The position numbers and the translations under genes were made by a program. From assembly GCA_029856045.1 (NCBI GenBank), contig JAHQWG010000016.1, positions 128,001 to 192,000 on the forward strand: a DNA stretch of 64,000 nucleotides, read 5' to 3'. Positions 9,984-20,892 of this stretch are shown piece after piece. Within the stretch, counting starts at the first letter, position 1; each line of letters opens with the position of its first letter. The DNA is from Promethearchaeia archaeon (lineage in GTDB: Archaea; Asgardarchaeota; Lokiarchaeia; Sigyniarchaeales; SOKP01). The notes under the pieces are model-generated. The model was not told where the DNA came from and did no database searches. It was given only the letters and a program-made list of their open reading frames with translations.

Positions 9984-10130
9984 AAAACTCTTATTTTCTT
10001 TATTTTTAATTTTTAATAAAAATAATTAGTTTTAATTTTAGAAAAATTAGAGAATTTTATATAGTTTTATATAAAAAAAAAATCGGTTTTAACAAGATTA
10101 AATATTTATAATAGCTAAAAGGATACAAAT

Positions 10131-10715
10131 ATGAAATTTGACAAAAAAAATAAAATAATTGATGTAAAAATCGTTTTTTATGGTCCTGCACTAAGTGGAA
10201 AGACTACAACTTTAAAATATCTATTTCAAAAATTTGGGAAGTTAGATAAAATTAAATCCATTAATACTACCACTGGAAGAACTTTATTTTTTGATTTTGG
10301 TATAATAAAGTTAAAAGGGATTAAGTGGGATGTTAAATTTTTGATATATTCCACAACAGGTCAAGATTTTTATTATATAACTCGTCCAATGACCTTGAAA
10401 GGAGCAGATGGTATAATTTTTGTAGCAGATTCATCGGTAGAAAGTTTTGATAGAAATTTAAATTCATGGAAAGAATTAGCAAGTTTATATAATGAAAAAT
10501 TATTGAAAATGCCTATTGTATGCAATTTTAATAAGCAAGATTTGTCAAGGAAATTTAATTATTTAGATTTTTTGGAGAAAATATATTTTAAAAAATATAA
10601 ATCATTTGCGTTTTTTAAAACAATAGCTCTTGTAGGAGATGGTATTGTAACCTCTTTTAAAAAAATAATTGAACTAATATTTCCAGGATTAATAATTAGT
10701 CAAATATCAACCTAA
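10131..10715 (+). CDS. MglA-like small GTPase
   Basis: KIVFYGPALSGKTT, RTLFFDF, TGQ, NKQD. Confidence 0.85.
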   Translation: MKFDKKNKIIDVKIVFYGPALSGKTTTLKYLFQKFGKLDKIKSINTTTGRTLFFDFGIIKLKGIKWDVKFLIYSTTGQDFYYITRPMTLKGADGIIFVADSSVESFDRNLNSWKELASLYNEKLLKMPIVCNFNKQDLSRKFNYLDFLEKIYFKKYKSFAFFKTIALVGDGIVTSFKKIIELIFPGLIISQIST

Positions 10716-10770
10716 AATCAAAATTTCCAAAAGAAATAGGAAATTCATATTTATTAATAAAATAGATTTT

Positions 10771-13700
10771 TCATAAAATTTCTGGAATATCTCTTCCACA
10801 AAATTTACAAATTTTATCATTAATAATTATTTTTTGGCCACAGTAGGGACAGAATTTAAATTCTTTTAATCCAATATCATGCTCAAATTTATAATTATTA
10901 ATCTCGTAATTATTTTCATAATAATCCTCATAAGTTTTATTTAAATCACGTGTTTTTCGAGATAATAAAAGAAATGTTATGATAATTGTACCTATTACAC
11001 CTATAATTATTAGAATTATGACTATTAAATAAGGATCAATTCGATCATCACTTATATTCATAAGAATATAGAAAGTATCAAATCCCCCTTCAGAATCTTG
11101 AACAGTTATATAAAATAGACCATAATAGCTACTATACGATGCTACAGATTTTTGGATTACTCCATTATCTGAAGTATAATTTATAAATTCCGGAATTAAA
11201 AATGCACCTAGGAAATTTTTAGAATCCGTATTATAACTTAACTCCAAGAACACAAAATTTGAGGAGAATAAAAGGCTAACAACACCATCAGTTGAGGAAG
11301 TGACTATAAAAAAATTTATAAAAACTCTCAATTCATCTTGATTATCCTCATAGTCAACTAACTCACCCGTTTTTATTTGGAAATTATAGTTTGTTAGAAG
11401 AAAAGTATCTTGAATAGTTAAACTTTCATTAATTATAGTTTCATTGAAATATATATATGATCCGTAAAAAGATTCAGTTAAATTAATAATAGGGTCATTA
11501 TTTTCGATATTAAAGAATAAACGATTAGAATAGGGATTAGAGTAATTTTTAGAGGATTTTGGGATTAAATAAAAAAAAGCATAACCTGCCGTATCTTCAA
11601 TGTTAGGAATGAAAGTGTATTTATATTTATTTGAACTTTCTTCTTCAAAATTTAAAGTTTTATTAATTGTATTTCTTGAATTAAAGAAGGAACTAGGATG
11701 AATTCCCATATAAGCAGTTAAATTAATATTAGATTTATCTAAATTAACAATTATTTGATTATATATCCCACTTTCCCGAGTTATGCTAGAGTATTCTATT
11801 GAATAATTAATGATTTCTGGGATTTTAGATTTATTAGGGTGAAGTAATTTAATCTTCTTTTCAAAAATTTCATTATTAATTTTTACAGAGATACTAATTA
11901 TATAATTTTCATAACTAAAATTTGGTAATTTTATTGAATCGTTATAATAGACACCATCTCCCAAATTTAGTAATGTAATGTTAATATCTTTTTTTGTTAC
12001 CGGATTTTCGATCGATGTATTAAGACTGGTTCCAATAATTAAATTAGAAATTCCCATTTCAGTAGTCTGATTTTTAATAAATACAGATAAAGATGTAGTA
12101 TTTGTGAAAACCCTTTCTGATTTTAATCCGAGATTGATAGCTAAATCATCTTCAGGAAGTAAAAATTTAATGGCATTCTGTAATAACATGGAGTGATCTG
12201 ATGAATAAGAAATATCATCATAAAATTCATCTAATAGCCAATTCAAATCTCCAAACGCTAAGAATTTGCCTTTGCCTTCATCTGATTTATCACAACTTGC
12301 TACAACCGACGAATTATATAATTCTGCTTGGGATACTCCATTTCCATAAACATCAAAGGCACAACCGGTTAACCAATAAAATTTAGAGACTCCTTTAAAT
12401 ATTGAAGAATTTTCTAAAAAATCTTTTACTTCATTAGAATCTAATATCGCGCCAATTCCTACATGAGTTGAATTTTCAATATTTTCTCCTTTTATTTGAA
12501 TTCCAACATTTAATTGATCAAATAAAGAATTAATATTTTCTGTGCATATTTCTTGATATCTTGCTCCCAGAAATAGAATATTACCTCCCGTTTCAAAGTA
12601 TTCTTTTAAAGCTTTTACTTCTGATTGACTATAAGGTAAAATTGGGTTTTGCAAAATAATTAAGTCATAAAAACTTAATTTTTCTGAACTTAGAATAGAG
12701 TTATTTAAGGACGAATTATATTTAGGTATCCATTTATCCATAAAGTATATAGGGGAACAATTTAGATTTGAAAGATCTTTCATTGATCTATAAAAATCAA
12801 TTTGTTTGAAAGAATATTCCGGAAACCAATCATTTAAACCATGAAATGACTCATATAATATTTTAAATTCGGGTATTTTTTTTTCAATTTCTATTTGTAT
12901 CTGATCTATTATTTCTCCTGTAATATCATCAGACATGTTTATCGTGATTTTTTCAACTCCTGGAGTAGCATTAAAAAGAATTTCAACATAAATTGATAAA
13001 AAATCAACTCCGTGAGAGTTAAAATTTATTTTTTCCTTATCTAATTCTATCCTAATATCAAGAACTTGATCAGATATTTGAAATGTAATATTTCTTGTGA
13101 TTCCTGATAAAACCGTTAGGTTAAAAATTTGTTTATCGCCTGGATAATTAAGAAGATCAAATGGTTGTATTGGAAGTTTATTGGGATAAATAGTTGTAAT
13201 ATTGTTTACATCTTTAGTCGAAGAATTAATATCATGTAATAAATTAATAGATTTTGATATATTGATAATTCCGGCACCGATTTTCAGGGTTTCATGGTTA
13301 TTCGTTTTATATGCTCCTTTCAATAATGCAATTTTTGCTGCTTCTGGATTTAAATCAGGAAATGCTTGTAATAACAAAGCTAAAGCACCCGAGACCATTG
13401 GACATGACATAGAAGTTCCACTGAGTGGATAATAATCATAAGAACCGGGATAATTAATATAATCTCCAAGATATTTCTTTTCATTGGAGATTATAGAATT
13501 AATTGCTTCTGTAGAGATAATATTTTCTCCTGGAGCGCATATACTTGGGTAATATTGATAAGTATTTGTTGGACCCCTGCTACTAAATATAGATAAATTT
13601 CCATTTTTATCAACCGAACCTACAGCGATGGCATTTACACTTGTTGCGGGGATTCCGCCAGAATAATAACTGGGTCCATCATTTCCTGCTGATACAACAC

Positions 13701-14736
13701 ATAAAACACCTTGATTAGTCGCATTTGTTATGGCTAATGTAATTGGATCATATACTTCTGGATATGAAGTTCCAAAGCTCATACTAATTATTTGAGCACT
13801 ACTTTCTACAGACCATTCAATAGCTTTTAGAATATCAGTATCTTTTAGACTTCCTGATGAATTACCAGCTTTAACATTCATAAGATTTACATTTGGAGCC
13901 ACTCCTCGATATTTTCCTGAGGAGATTTCTCCATCTCCTCCTATAATTCCTGCAACATGTGTTCCATGTCCATTTCTATCTATAAAATCAGAATTATCTG
14001 TTTCTTCTCCCTTAGAAGCGAAATTTGTTTGCTTTATTATTCTTGTTTGAAAATCGGGATGAGGGTAAATTCCAGTATCAATAATAGATACATTAATTCC
14101 TGTACCGTCATATGTTAAATTTTCAGCACCAATTGATTGTAGCCACCAATTATTCCAGTCCACTGGATTTAAACTATTTTCTTGAATTTTCATGTTATTT
14201 GGGATTGTATAAATATTTTCCTTAAAGATTTTTATGATTTCATTGGATTCTTCAATTAAAGTTTTTAATTGTAGTAATTCTGAACTCTGACATTCCAAAT
14301 ATATCCCAGGAATAATATTAAATTCATAAATTATGTTAAAATTGCTAAAAAGCTTTGTTATTTCTCCTAATCTTTCTTTCTTTGACAATTCTTCATTAAA
14401 AATGATTATTACTGGAACTTTTTCATCATATAATTTATTTTTATTATTAAGTAAGGATTTTTGTAGATTAATACTATATTTTGATAACCTTTCCAACTCT
14501 AATTGATTATATTCTTTACTTCTGATGTAATTTTTATAAATATTATCATTGAATTCATTTGATTGCGAAAAAAAATCATTAACTGCATCTTCTGCAATAT
14601 TATAATCAAATTCTTTCTGGTTAATATTTAATTGATTATGTGACAGATCTAAAAAAAAGATATTTGTAAATAAAAACAAATAGATAAATGATATATAGGC
14701 AATATTATAATAATATTTTACCAAAATTGAATTCAC
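10771..14736 (-). CDS. Membrane-anchored S8 subtilase with S1P-like middle domain, C-terminal TM helix and Zn ribbon
   Basis: Catalytic IIDTG, HGTHVAG, GTSMSCP; KILYESFHG and GKFLAFGD motifs; C-terminal TM and CPYCG..CKFCG. Confidence 0.85.
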   Translation of the reverse strand: MNSILVKYYYNIAYISFIYLFLFTNIFFLDLSHNQLNINQKEFDYNIAEDAVNDFFSQSNEFNDNIYKNYIRSKEYNQLELERLSKYSINLQKSLLNNKNKLYDEKVPVIIIFNEELSKKERLGEITKLFSNFNIIYEFNIIPGIYLECQSSELLQLKTLIEESNEIIKIFKENIYTIPNNMKIQENSLNPVDWNNWWLQSIGAENLTYDGTGINVSIIDTGIYPHPDFQTRIIKQTNFASKGEETDNSDFIDRNGHGTHVAGIIGGDGEISSGKYRGVAPNVNLMNVKAGNSSGSLKDTDILKAIEWSVESSAQIISMSFGTSYPEVYDPITLAITNATNQGVLCVVSAGNDGPSYYSGGIPATSVNAIAVGSVDKNGNLSIFSSRGPTNTYQYYPSICAPGENIISTEAINSIISNEKKYLGDYINYPGSYDYYPLSGTSMSCPMVSGALALLLQAFPDLNPEAAKIALLKGAYKTNNHETLKIGAGIINISKSINLLHDINSSTKDVNNITTIYPNKLPIQPFDLLNYPGDKQIFNLTVLSGITRNITFQISDQVLDIRIELDKEKINFNSHGVDFLSIYVEILFNATPGVEKITINMSDDITGEIIDQIQIEIEKKIPEFKILYESFHGLNDWFPEYSFKQIDFYRSMKDLSNLNCSPIYFMDKWIPKYNSSLNNSILSSEKLSFYDLIILQNPILPYSQSEVKALKEYFETGGNILFLGARYQEICTENINSLFDQLNVGIQIKGENIENSTHVGIGAILDSNEVKDFLENSSIFKGVSKFYWLTGCAFDVYGNGVSQAELYNSSVVASCDKSDEGKGKFLAFGDLNWLLDEFYDDISYSSDHSMLLQNAIKFLLPEDDLAINLGLKSERVFTNTTSLSVFIKNQTTEMGISNLIIGTSLNTSIENPVTKKDINITLLNLGDGVYYNDSIKLPNFSYENYIISISVKINNEIFEKKIKLLHPNKSKIPEIINYSIEYSSITRESGIYNQIIVNLDKSNINLTAYMGIHPSSFFNSRNTINKTLNFEEESSNKYKYTFIPNIEDTAGYAFFYLIPKSSKNYSNPYSNRLFFNIENNDPIINLTESFYGSYIYFNETIINESLTIQDTFLLTNYNFQIKTGELVDYEDNQDELRVFINFFIVTSSTDGVVSLLFSSNFVFLELSYNTDSKNFLGAFLIPEFINYTSDNGVIQKSVASYSSYYGLFYITVQDSEGGFDTFYILMNISDDRIDPYLIVIILIIIGVIGTIIITFLLLSRKTRDLNKTYEDYYENNYEINNYKFEHDIGLKEFKFCPYCGQKIIINDKICKFCGRDIPEIL

Positions 14737-14889
14737 ATAAAGGTTATGATTTTTTTTTATTATAAGATCTCAATAATATATTTTAATATAAATCTAATGT
14801 TAAACATTTAAAAATCTAAATAAAACTCACCAATTACTGTAAAGTTCTAAAAAGTTTAATATTAAAAGAAGAATATTATAATAGCAACT

Positions 14890-15780
14890 ATGTTTAAGAA
14901 ATATGGATTTAAAACTACAAAAGAATTAGAAGTAAAAGCTGCTAAGGAGAATTATGCTGTAGGAGCCTTTAATTTTAATAATCTTGAACAAATTTTAGGA
15001 ATAATTAAGGCAGCATCAGAATTGAATAGTCCGGTTATTTTAGCCGCTAGTCATGGTGCAACGAAATATGCAGGGACTATCTTTTTAGTTCACTTAGCAA
15101 TTGCTGCAAAAAAAAAGTTCCCTAATATAGAAATGGCATTACATTTGGATCATGGATTGGATTTTAATAAATGTAAGGAATGCATTGATTTAGGTTTTTC
15201 TTCTGTAATGATAGACGCAAGTAAATATCCATTAAAAGAAAATATAAAGAAATGTAAAGAAGTAGTAGGATATGCACACAAATTTGGAGTATCTGTTGAA
15301 GGAGAGCTTGGTCGTTTATATGGAGTAGAAGATGAGATTAATGTATCTGAAGCTGAATCGGCTATGACAGATCCTAAAGAAGCTGCAGTTTTTAGTGAAG
15401 AATCAGATATTGATTCTTTGGCCATTTCAATTGGAAATTCTCATGGATTATATAAAACTGATAATCCATTCATTGATTTTGAGAGATTAAAGGAAATAAA
15501 GGATTACGTATCAATACCATTAGTATTGCATGGTGCATCTGGAATTCCTGAAGATTCGATTCGCAAAGCTTGCAAAATTGGTATTTCAAAAGTGAATATT
15601 GATACTGAGTGCAGGTTAGCTTTTCGACGAGAGATTGATAAATTTATTTATTCTAATCCATTTGATGATCATAAATCAATAACTTATGATCCAAGAAAAA
15701 TTTTAACTCCTGCACTTGAATCTATTACCGAAGTAATAAAAATGAAAATAAACTGGTTTGGATCAAGAAATAAATTATAA
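14890..15780 (+). CDS. fba: Class II fructose-1,6-bisphosphate aldolase
   Basis: HLDHG, SSVMIDAS, VEGELG, GNSHG, LVLHGASG, KVNIDT. Confidence 0.95.
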   Translation: MFKKYGFKTTKELEVKAAKENYAVGAFNFNNLEQILGIIKAASELNSPVILAASHGATKYAGTIFLVHLAIAAKKKFPNIEMALHLDHGLDFNKCKECIDLGFSSVMIDASKYPLKENIKKCKEVVGYAHKFGVSVEGELGRLYGVEDEINVSEAESAMTDPKEAAVFSEESDIDSLAISIGNSHGLYKTDNPFIDFERLKEIKDYVSIPLVLHGASGIPEDSIRKACKIGISKVNIDTECRLAFRREIDKFIYSNPFDDHKSITYDPRKILTPALESITEVIKMKINWFGSRNKL

Positions 15781-15820
15781 TTTTTTAAAATTTTTAAATC
15801 AAATAAATAAGATATTTACT

Positions 15821-16060
15821 TATACCCCAAGATTTCCACTGTAAAATTAGTATAATTTCTTTTTGGTTTTTTATCAATTTAATATGAAATTATTTAGATG
15901 ATAATATTGAATTGTTTTTTAATTATTAAAAAAACTTAATTGATAAATAAAAAATTATTTATATTATGAAAATAAGAATCTATGGGGGGTATATTTAATT
16001 AATTAATTTAAATATATTATTAGGTGTATATTTAAAAAAATTTCAATGGAAATATAGGAG
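15821..16060. promoter_or_regulatory. Candidate replication origin: ORB-like elements flanking AT-rich DNA
   Basis: Minus-strand TTTACAGTGGAAATCTTGGGG (15825-15845), plus-strand TTTCAATGGAAATATAGGAG (16041-16060) and AATCTATGGGGGGTATA (15977-15993) around a very AT-rich spacer. Confidence 0.45.
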
Positions 16061-16145
16061 TCTTTGTTCATTTTTATTTGTCGAAGAATTAATTAAAATA
16101 ATAATTTATTTAAAAAAGATATAAATTAATTTTTCATGTTCACTC

Positions 16146-16430
16146 TTATTCGATATTTAATTTCCAGAAAATTTGAGGTCTACCACGTTCTCCATTATTT
16201 CTTGCAAATTTAGAAACTATATTATTCCTTTGCAATTTTGATAAATTATCAAAAATAGTGGTTCTAGCTTTATCTAATTTTTTCACTAAATCTCGTCTTG
16301 TTAATGGTCCATTTTTATATAGTTCTATTATTATATTATGTTGAAGAGGAGATCCATTTTCTCGTAAATTAAATCTATTTGTTAATAAAGAATTTTTAAA
16401 CATTTTTTTCTTCACTTTTAGAAAATACAA
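16146..16430 (-). CDS. Winged-helix transcriptional regulator
   Basis: GPLTRRDLVKKLDKARTTIFDNLSKL...RGRP. Confidence 0.8.
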   Translation of the reverse strand: MYFLKVKKKMFKNSLLTNRFNLRENGSPLQHNIIIELYKNGPLTRRDLVKKLDKARTTIFDNLSKLQRNNIVSKFARNNGERGRPQIFWKLNIE

Positions 16431-16618
16431 AAGAAATTTTTTATTCTAAATATATTAAAAATTGTTTAGTATTTAAATGATGCTTATTTACATATAAATA
16501 ACATACTTTTATCATCTCTTCACCATAAGATTTTTAAATGTCGATTTTTGTCTTATTATTAAAAATATAAAATTTAAAAATACAGATTGAAAGAAATTTA
16601 TGTGGTTTTAAATAATTA

Positions 16619-16984
16619 ATGACAGATACTGAAAGAACAACCATAACACTAAGTAATTACCATATGAATATTATCAAAAGTTTAATAGGTATTAAAGGTA
16701 ATACTGCAGCTTCAGTTATAGCCGGAGTTATTGCTTCTTGGATAGATCAAAATTTACAGGAAATTAAAGAACATCTTCAAATGAAAAAGTTAATGTTACC
16801 TCCTTCTGAAGAGGAAATTAATAAGAAATTGAAATTAATTATGGAAAATTTTGAAAAATTAAAAATAGATGATCTCGCAAAGCTATGTAAAATTGATAGA
16901 CAATTAATTATTGAAAATATTGCTTACTGGAGTAAAAAATATAATATTATAATTAGTGGAGATTTTGTAATTAAAAAGAAATAA
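16619..16984 (+). CDS. Putative ribbon-helix-helix protein with C-terminal winged helix
   Basis: N-terminal ERTTITLS beta strand plus two helices; C-terminal LKIDDLAKLCKIDRQLI. Confidence 0.5.
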   Translation: MTDTERTTITLSNYHMNIIKSLIGIKGNTAASVIAGVIASWIDQNLQEIKEHLQMKKLMLPPSEEEINKKLKLIMENFEKLKIDDLAKLCKIDRQLIIENIAYWSKKYNIIISGDFVIKKK

Positions 16985-17111
16985 AATGTCTTAAATTATG
17001 TTTTCTATCCTGATAAATTTCAAAATCTTCCCAACCACCACTAAAATCTTTTTTTAGAAGAGAAATAAGAATTAAATCATAAGTTTATATAGATAGATAT
17101 AAAAAATTATT

Positions 17112-18950
17112 GTGCCTAATCTTAAAAGAAAATCAAAAATAATTCTAATTTTGTTTTTTTTAGCACAATTTACTATAATTATTCCAAATGTAATTGCAGT
17201 ACTTCAAATAAATATTTTAAATTTTAATACTGATAAAAATGAATATTTTACAGATGAGGATATAATAATAGAAGCTTCTTGGATTTTAAATTACAATCCA
17301 ATTGAAGAATGGGCCTATGTTCAAATACAACTCTATAATAATCTTGATCAATTGTTATGGTGTTCCGAACAAAATGATAGTATGGGGATTATTAATAAAA
17401 CTTGGAATGTTAATATTTTAGATTTGAATTTTAGTTTTTCTGAAAATCCTATCAATTTTAGTGTTATTTTTTATCTTTTTCATATGGTTGGTGAGGAAAT
17501 TTTTAGTTCAGGTCCCATTGCTACAAAATCTATTCAAATTTCGAAAAAATTAATTTCTTGTTCTTTATTTAATTATAAAGAAAGAATTAATTACGGAGAG
17601 CCTATAGATTTTCAAGCTCTATTCTATAATATCACCGATACTATAACTTATTATCCCGATAATCTTTCAATCACCTTAGAACTGTATAAAGCAAATGAAT
17701 CGGTTTTTAGTCAAAACTATAATACTGTAAATGGATGGATCAATGTTAATATCTCAACTACAACATTTTTAATCGTTGGTAAAATAGAATTAAGATTAAT
17801 TGCATCTGAGAATTCTTTTTATTTTGGCAATGTTTTTAATTATGATTTAGAAGTTGAGCAATTAAATTTATTTTGCTCTCTCTATAATTATATAGAGAAA
17901 ATTAACTATGGTGAGCCTATAGATTTTCAAGCTTTATTCTATAATATCACCGACACTATAACTTATTATCCCGATAATCTTTCAATCACCTTAGAATTGT
18001 ATAAAGCAAATGAATCGGTTTTTAGTCAAAACTATAATACTGTAAATGGATGGATCAATGTTAATATCTCAACTACAACATTTTTAATTGTAGGTGAAAT
18101 AGAATTAAGATTAATTGCATCTGAGAATTCTTTTTATTTTGGCAATGTTTTTAATTATGATTTAGAAGTTGGGCAATTAGATTTATTTTGCTCTCTCTAT
18201 AATTATATAGAGAAAATTAACTATGGTGAGCCTATAGATTTTCAAGCTTTATTCTATAATATCACCGACACTATAACTTATTATCCCGATAATCTTTCAA
18301 TCACCTTAGAATTGTATAAAGCAAATGAATCGGTTTTTAGTCAAAACTATAATACTGTAAATGGATGGATCAATGTTAATATCTCAACTACAACATTTTT
18401 AATTGTAGGTGAAATAGAATTAAGATTAATTGCATCTGAGAATTCTTTTTATTTTGACAATATTTTTAGCTACAGTTTGAAAGTTCAAAAGTTGGGATTA
18501 AACTATTATATTAATGAATATGATAAAAATATAAAATATCAAGAAGATATCCCAATCATCATAAGATTTTTCAATCGTAGTAATGGTCAAATTCGATATC
18601 TAGAAATTTTTAATATTAGCATGAAAATTTTTTCAAATAATATTATGATTTACAATAATTTTTATAATAGTGATAAAAATGGGACTCTCATTATAGTAAT
18701 TCCTAGTGAAATATTTGAAGAGAATGGAGAAATATCAATTAACATCAACATTTTCAATAATTCATACTACAAAGATCTATCAATTAAATTAATATTAAAT
18801 GACCAAAATGAAAATAATTTGATCTTCAATTTGAATAATCTAATCTTAATTTTAGTTGTTAGTATTTTTAGTGGTGCAGGAACTTTTTTTATTTTCCTAA
18901 GAAAGAGAAAAATTAATAAAAATTTATTTGAGATAACATTCAAACATTAA
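17112..18950 (+). CDS. Cell-surface protein with tandem Ig-like repeats and C-terminal membrane anchor
   Basis: N-terminal signal/TM, beta-rich 105-aa repeats with N-x-S/T sequons, C-terminal TM then LRKRK. Confidence 0.75.
   Translation: MPNLKRKSKIILILFFLAQFTIIIPNVIAVLQINILNFNTDKNEYFTDEDIIIEASWILNYNPIEEWAYVQIQLYNNLDQLLWCSEQNDSMGIINKTWNVNILDLNFSFSENPINFSVIFYLFHMVGEEIFSSGPIATKSIQISKKLISCSLFNYKERINYGEPIDFQALFYNITDTITYYPDNLSITLELYKANESVFSQNYNTVNGWINVNISTTTFLIVGKIELRLIASENSFYFGNVFNYDLEVEQLNLFCSLYNYIEKINYGEPIDFQALFYNITDTITYYPDNLSITLELYKANESVFSQNYNTVNGWINVNISTTTFLIVGEIELRLIASENSFYFGNVFNYDLEVGQLDLFCSLYNYIEKINYGEPIDFQALFYNITDTITYYPDNLSITLELYKANESVFSQNYNTVNGWINVNISTTTFLIVGEIELRLIASENSFYFDNIFSYSLKVQKLGLNYYINEYDKNIKYQEDIPIIIRFFNRSNGQIRYLEIFNISMKIFSNNIMIYNNFYNSDKNGTLIIVIPSEIFEENGEISININIFNNSYYKDLSIKLILNDQNENNLIFNLNNLILILVVSIFSGAGTFFIFLRKRKINKNLFEITFKH
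17556..18500 (+). repeat. Three tandem 315-bp near-identical intragenic repeats
   Basis: Units start at about 17556, 17871 and 18186; copies 2 and 3 almost identical at nucleotide level. Confidence 0.95.
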
Positions 18951-18986
18951 AAAAATTTAAAAAAATCAAATTAATTAATCTAAAAT

Positions 18987-20789
18987 TTATGAGACATAAT
19001 AAAATTCATTTATTTTTTTCTGATATTCATCTTTTGTACTTCCTGGTTTATTAACTCTAGGTCGTTTTGTCAAATTATCTCGTCTAAATGTAATATCCAT
19101 AATTTTAAGAAATTTATTAAAACCATCTCTTAAATCCAATGGAACTGAAGCAACTCCTTTTATTCCTGGAATCCCCTCAAAAATCAAAATTGAATCTGCA
19201 ATGAAATCTTGTGTAACTATATCATGTTCGACAACAAAAGCTGCTTTTTTCAGCTCTTCAATAACTTTTCTAATTAATTGAGCTACATTTAATCTCATTT
19301 CAACATCTAAAAAAGCACAGGGTTCGTCTATTAAAAAAAGATCTGCTTCTTCAGCCAAACATTTTGCTATTTCAACACGTTGTAACTCACCTCCACTTAA
19401 TTCAGTAATTTTTCTTTGTTCAATATTTCGTAAATTGAGATTATTGATTAAACGTTTTATTATAGGTGGAGATAAATGAGGTTTTGATATAATATTAGAT
19501 ATTATATTTTTAACCGTTAGATCTTGTTCTGGTTTAATATATTGTGGTTTTATTGATATTAAAAGTTCGTTAGATTCTTTTTGAGAAATATTTTTTTTAA
19601 AATTCCCTTGATTGGCTATAAGATTAATGAAAGTAGTCTTCCCAATTGCGTTTGGCCCCAAAATCCCAATAACCTCACCTAAATGTATCTCACTACCCGA
19701 TACCTTTAAATGAAATTCGCCCATGTGTGTTTCTGAATCATTATACGAAAAAAGAACTTCTCCTTTATCAAAGGAAGAAATTTGTGGAGGACGGACATGG
19801 AAAATTATCGGTAATTCTCTAATACGCATATTTTCATCTTTGATATATCCTTGTAGATAAATGTTTATTCCATTACGTACACTTTGAGGGTGTGAAACTA
19901 TTCCATACACTCCAGGTTTTCCGTAAAAAATTGAAACGTAGTCACTTAAATAATCTAAGATAGCTAGGTCATGCTCAACAACTACGATTGTTTTTCCATT
20001 TTCTGCTAAAGATCTAATAATTCTTGCTACTTTTATTCGTTCACTTACGTCTAAATATGATGTTGGCTCGTCTATTAAATAAACATCTCCATCTCTTAAA
20101 AATGCAACTGCTATTAATATTCTCTGTAATTCTCCTCCGGACAAAACGGAAATTTCCCTATCTAAAATTTTTCCTAAATTTAATTTTTTAATAATTTCAT
20201 CTAAATAATTACTATTACTTATTCCTTTCAAGATATCTTCTACTTTTCCTGAAATCCTTTTGGGAATATCAGTAATATTTTGGGGTTTATGAATTATCTT
20301 AATATTTTTTTCCCTTAAATCAGTAAAATATCCTTGTAATTCTGAACCTTTAAACTGATTTATAATTTTATTCCAATCTGGAGCATCATTATCGAATTTG
20401 CCTAAATTAAGAATTATTTCTCCAGCTAAAATTTTTAACATAGTACTTTTTCCACAACCATTTGGTCCAATTAAACCCAAAACACTTCCCTTCTTAGGTA
20501 TTGCCATACGAAAAAGAGCAAAACCATCTGTAGCATACCTATAAGATATTTCATTTTTCAATGGATCAGGTAAATTTATTATGCTGATACTATTAAACGG
20601 ACACTTTTTAACACAAATTCCGCATCCTGAGCACAAATTTTCAAAAATCTCAATTTTTTTCTCATTTAATAGAATTATTGTTTTAACACCCGTTCTCACC
20701 ATAGGACAATATTTTATACAGGGTTTTTGACCAAATGGACTACATTTATGTGGTTTGCATGTCTCTCTATTAAGAACGGCTATTCGCAT
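18987..20789 (-). CDS. rli1: Ribosome recycling ATPase ABCE1/Rli1
   Basis: N-terminal Fe-S domain (CSGCGICVKKCP), two NBDs with LSGGELQR, C-terminal RPRVNK. Confidence 0.97.
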   Translation of the reverse strand: MRIAVLNRETCKPHKCSPFGQKPCIKYCPMVRTGVKTIILLNEKKIEIFENLCSGCGICVKKCPFNSISIINLPDPLKNEISYRYATDGFALFRMAIPKKGSVLGLIGPNGCGKSTMLKILAGEIILNLGKFDNDAPDWNKIINQFKGSELQGYFTDLREKNIKIIHKPQNITDIPKRISGKVEDILKGISNSNYLDEIIKKLNLGKILDREISVLSGGELQRILIAVAFLRDGDVYLIDEPTSYLDVSERIKVARIIRSLAENGKTIVVVEHDLAILDYLSDYVSIFYGKPGVYGIVSHPQSVRNGINIYLQGYIKDENMRIRELPIIFHVRPPQISSFDKGEVLFSYNDSETHMGEFHLKVSGSEIHLGEVIGILGPNAIGKTTFINLIANQGNFKKNISQKESNELLISIKPQYIKPEQDLTVKNIISNIISKPHLSPPIIKRLINNLNLRNIEQRKITELSGGELQRVEIAKCLAEEADLFLIDEPCAFLDVEMRLNVAQLIRKVIEELKKAAFVVEHDIVTQDFIADSILIFEGIPGIKGVASVPLDLRDGFNKFLKIMDITFRRDNLTKRPRVNKPGSTKDEYQKKINEFYYVS

Positions 20790-20892
20790 ATTAAATTACC
20801 CTTTAATTATACTTAAAAACTAAAAATTAAATTTGTCTAAAAACTTTTATCTTTATATTAATAAAGAATTTATAAATTATAATTAAAATTCA

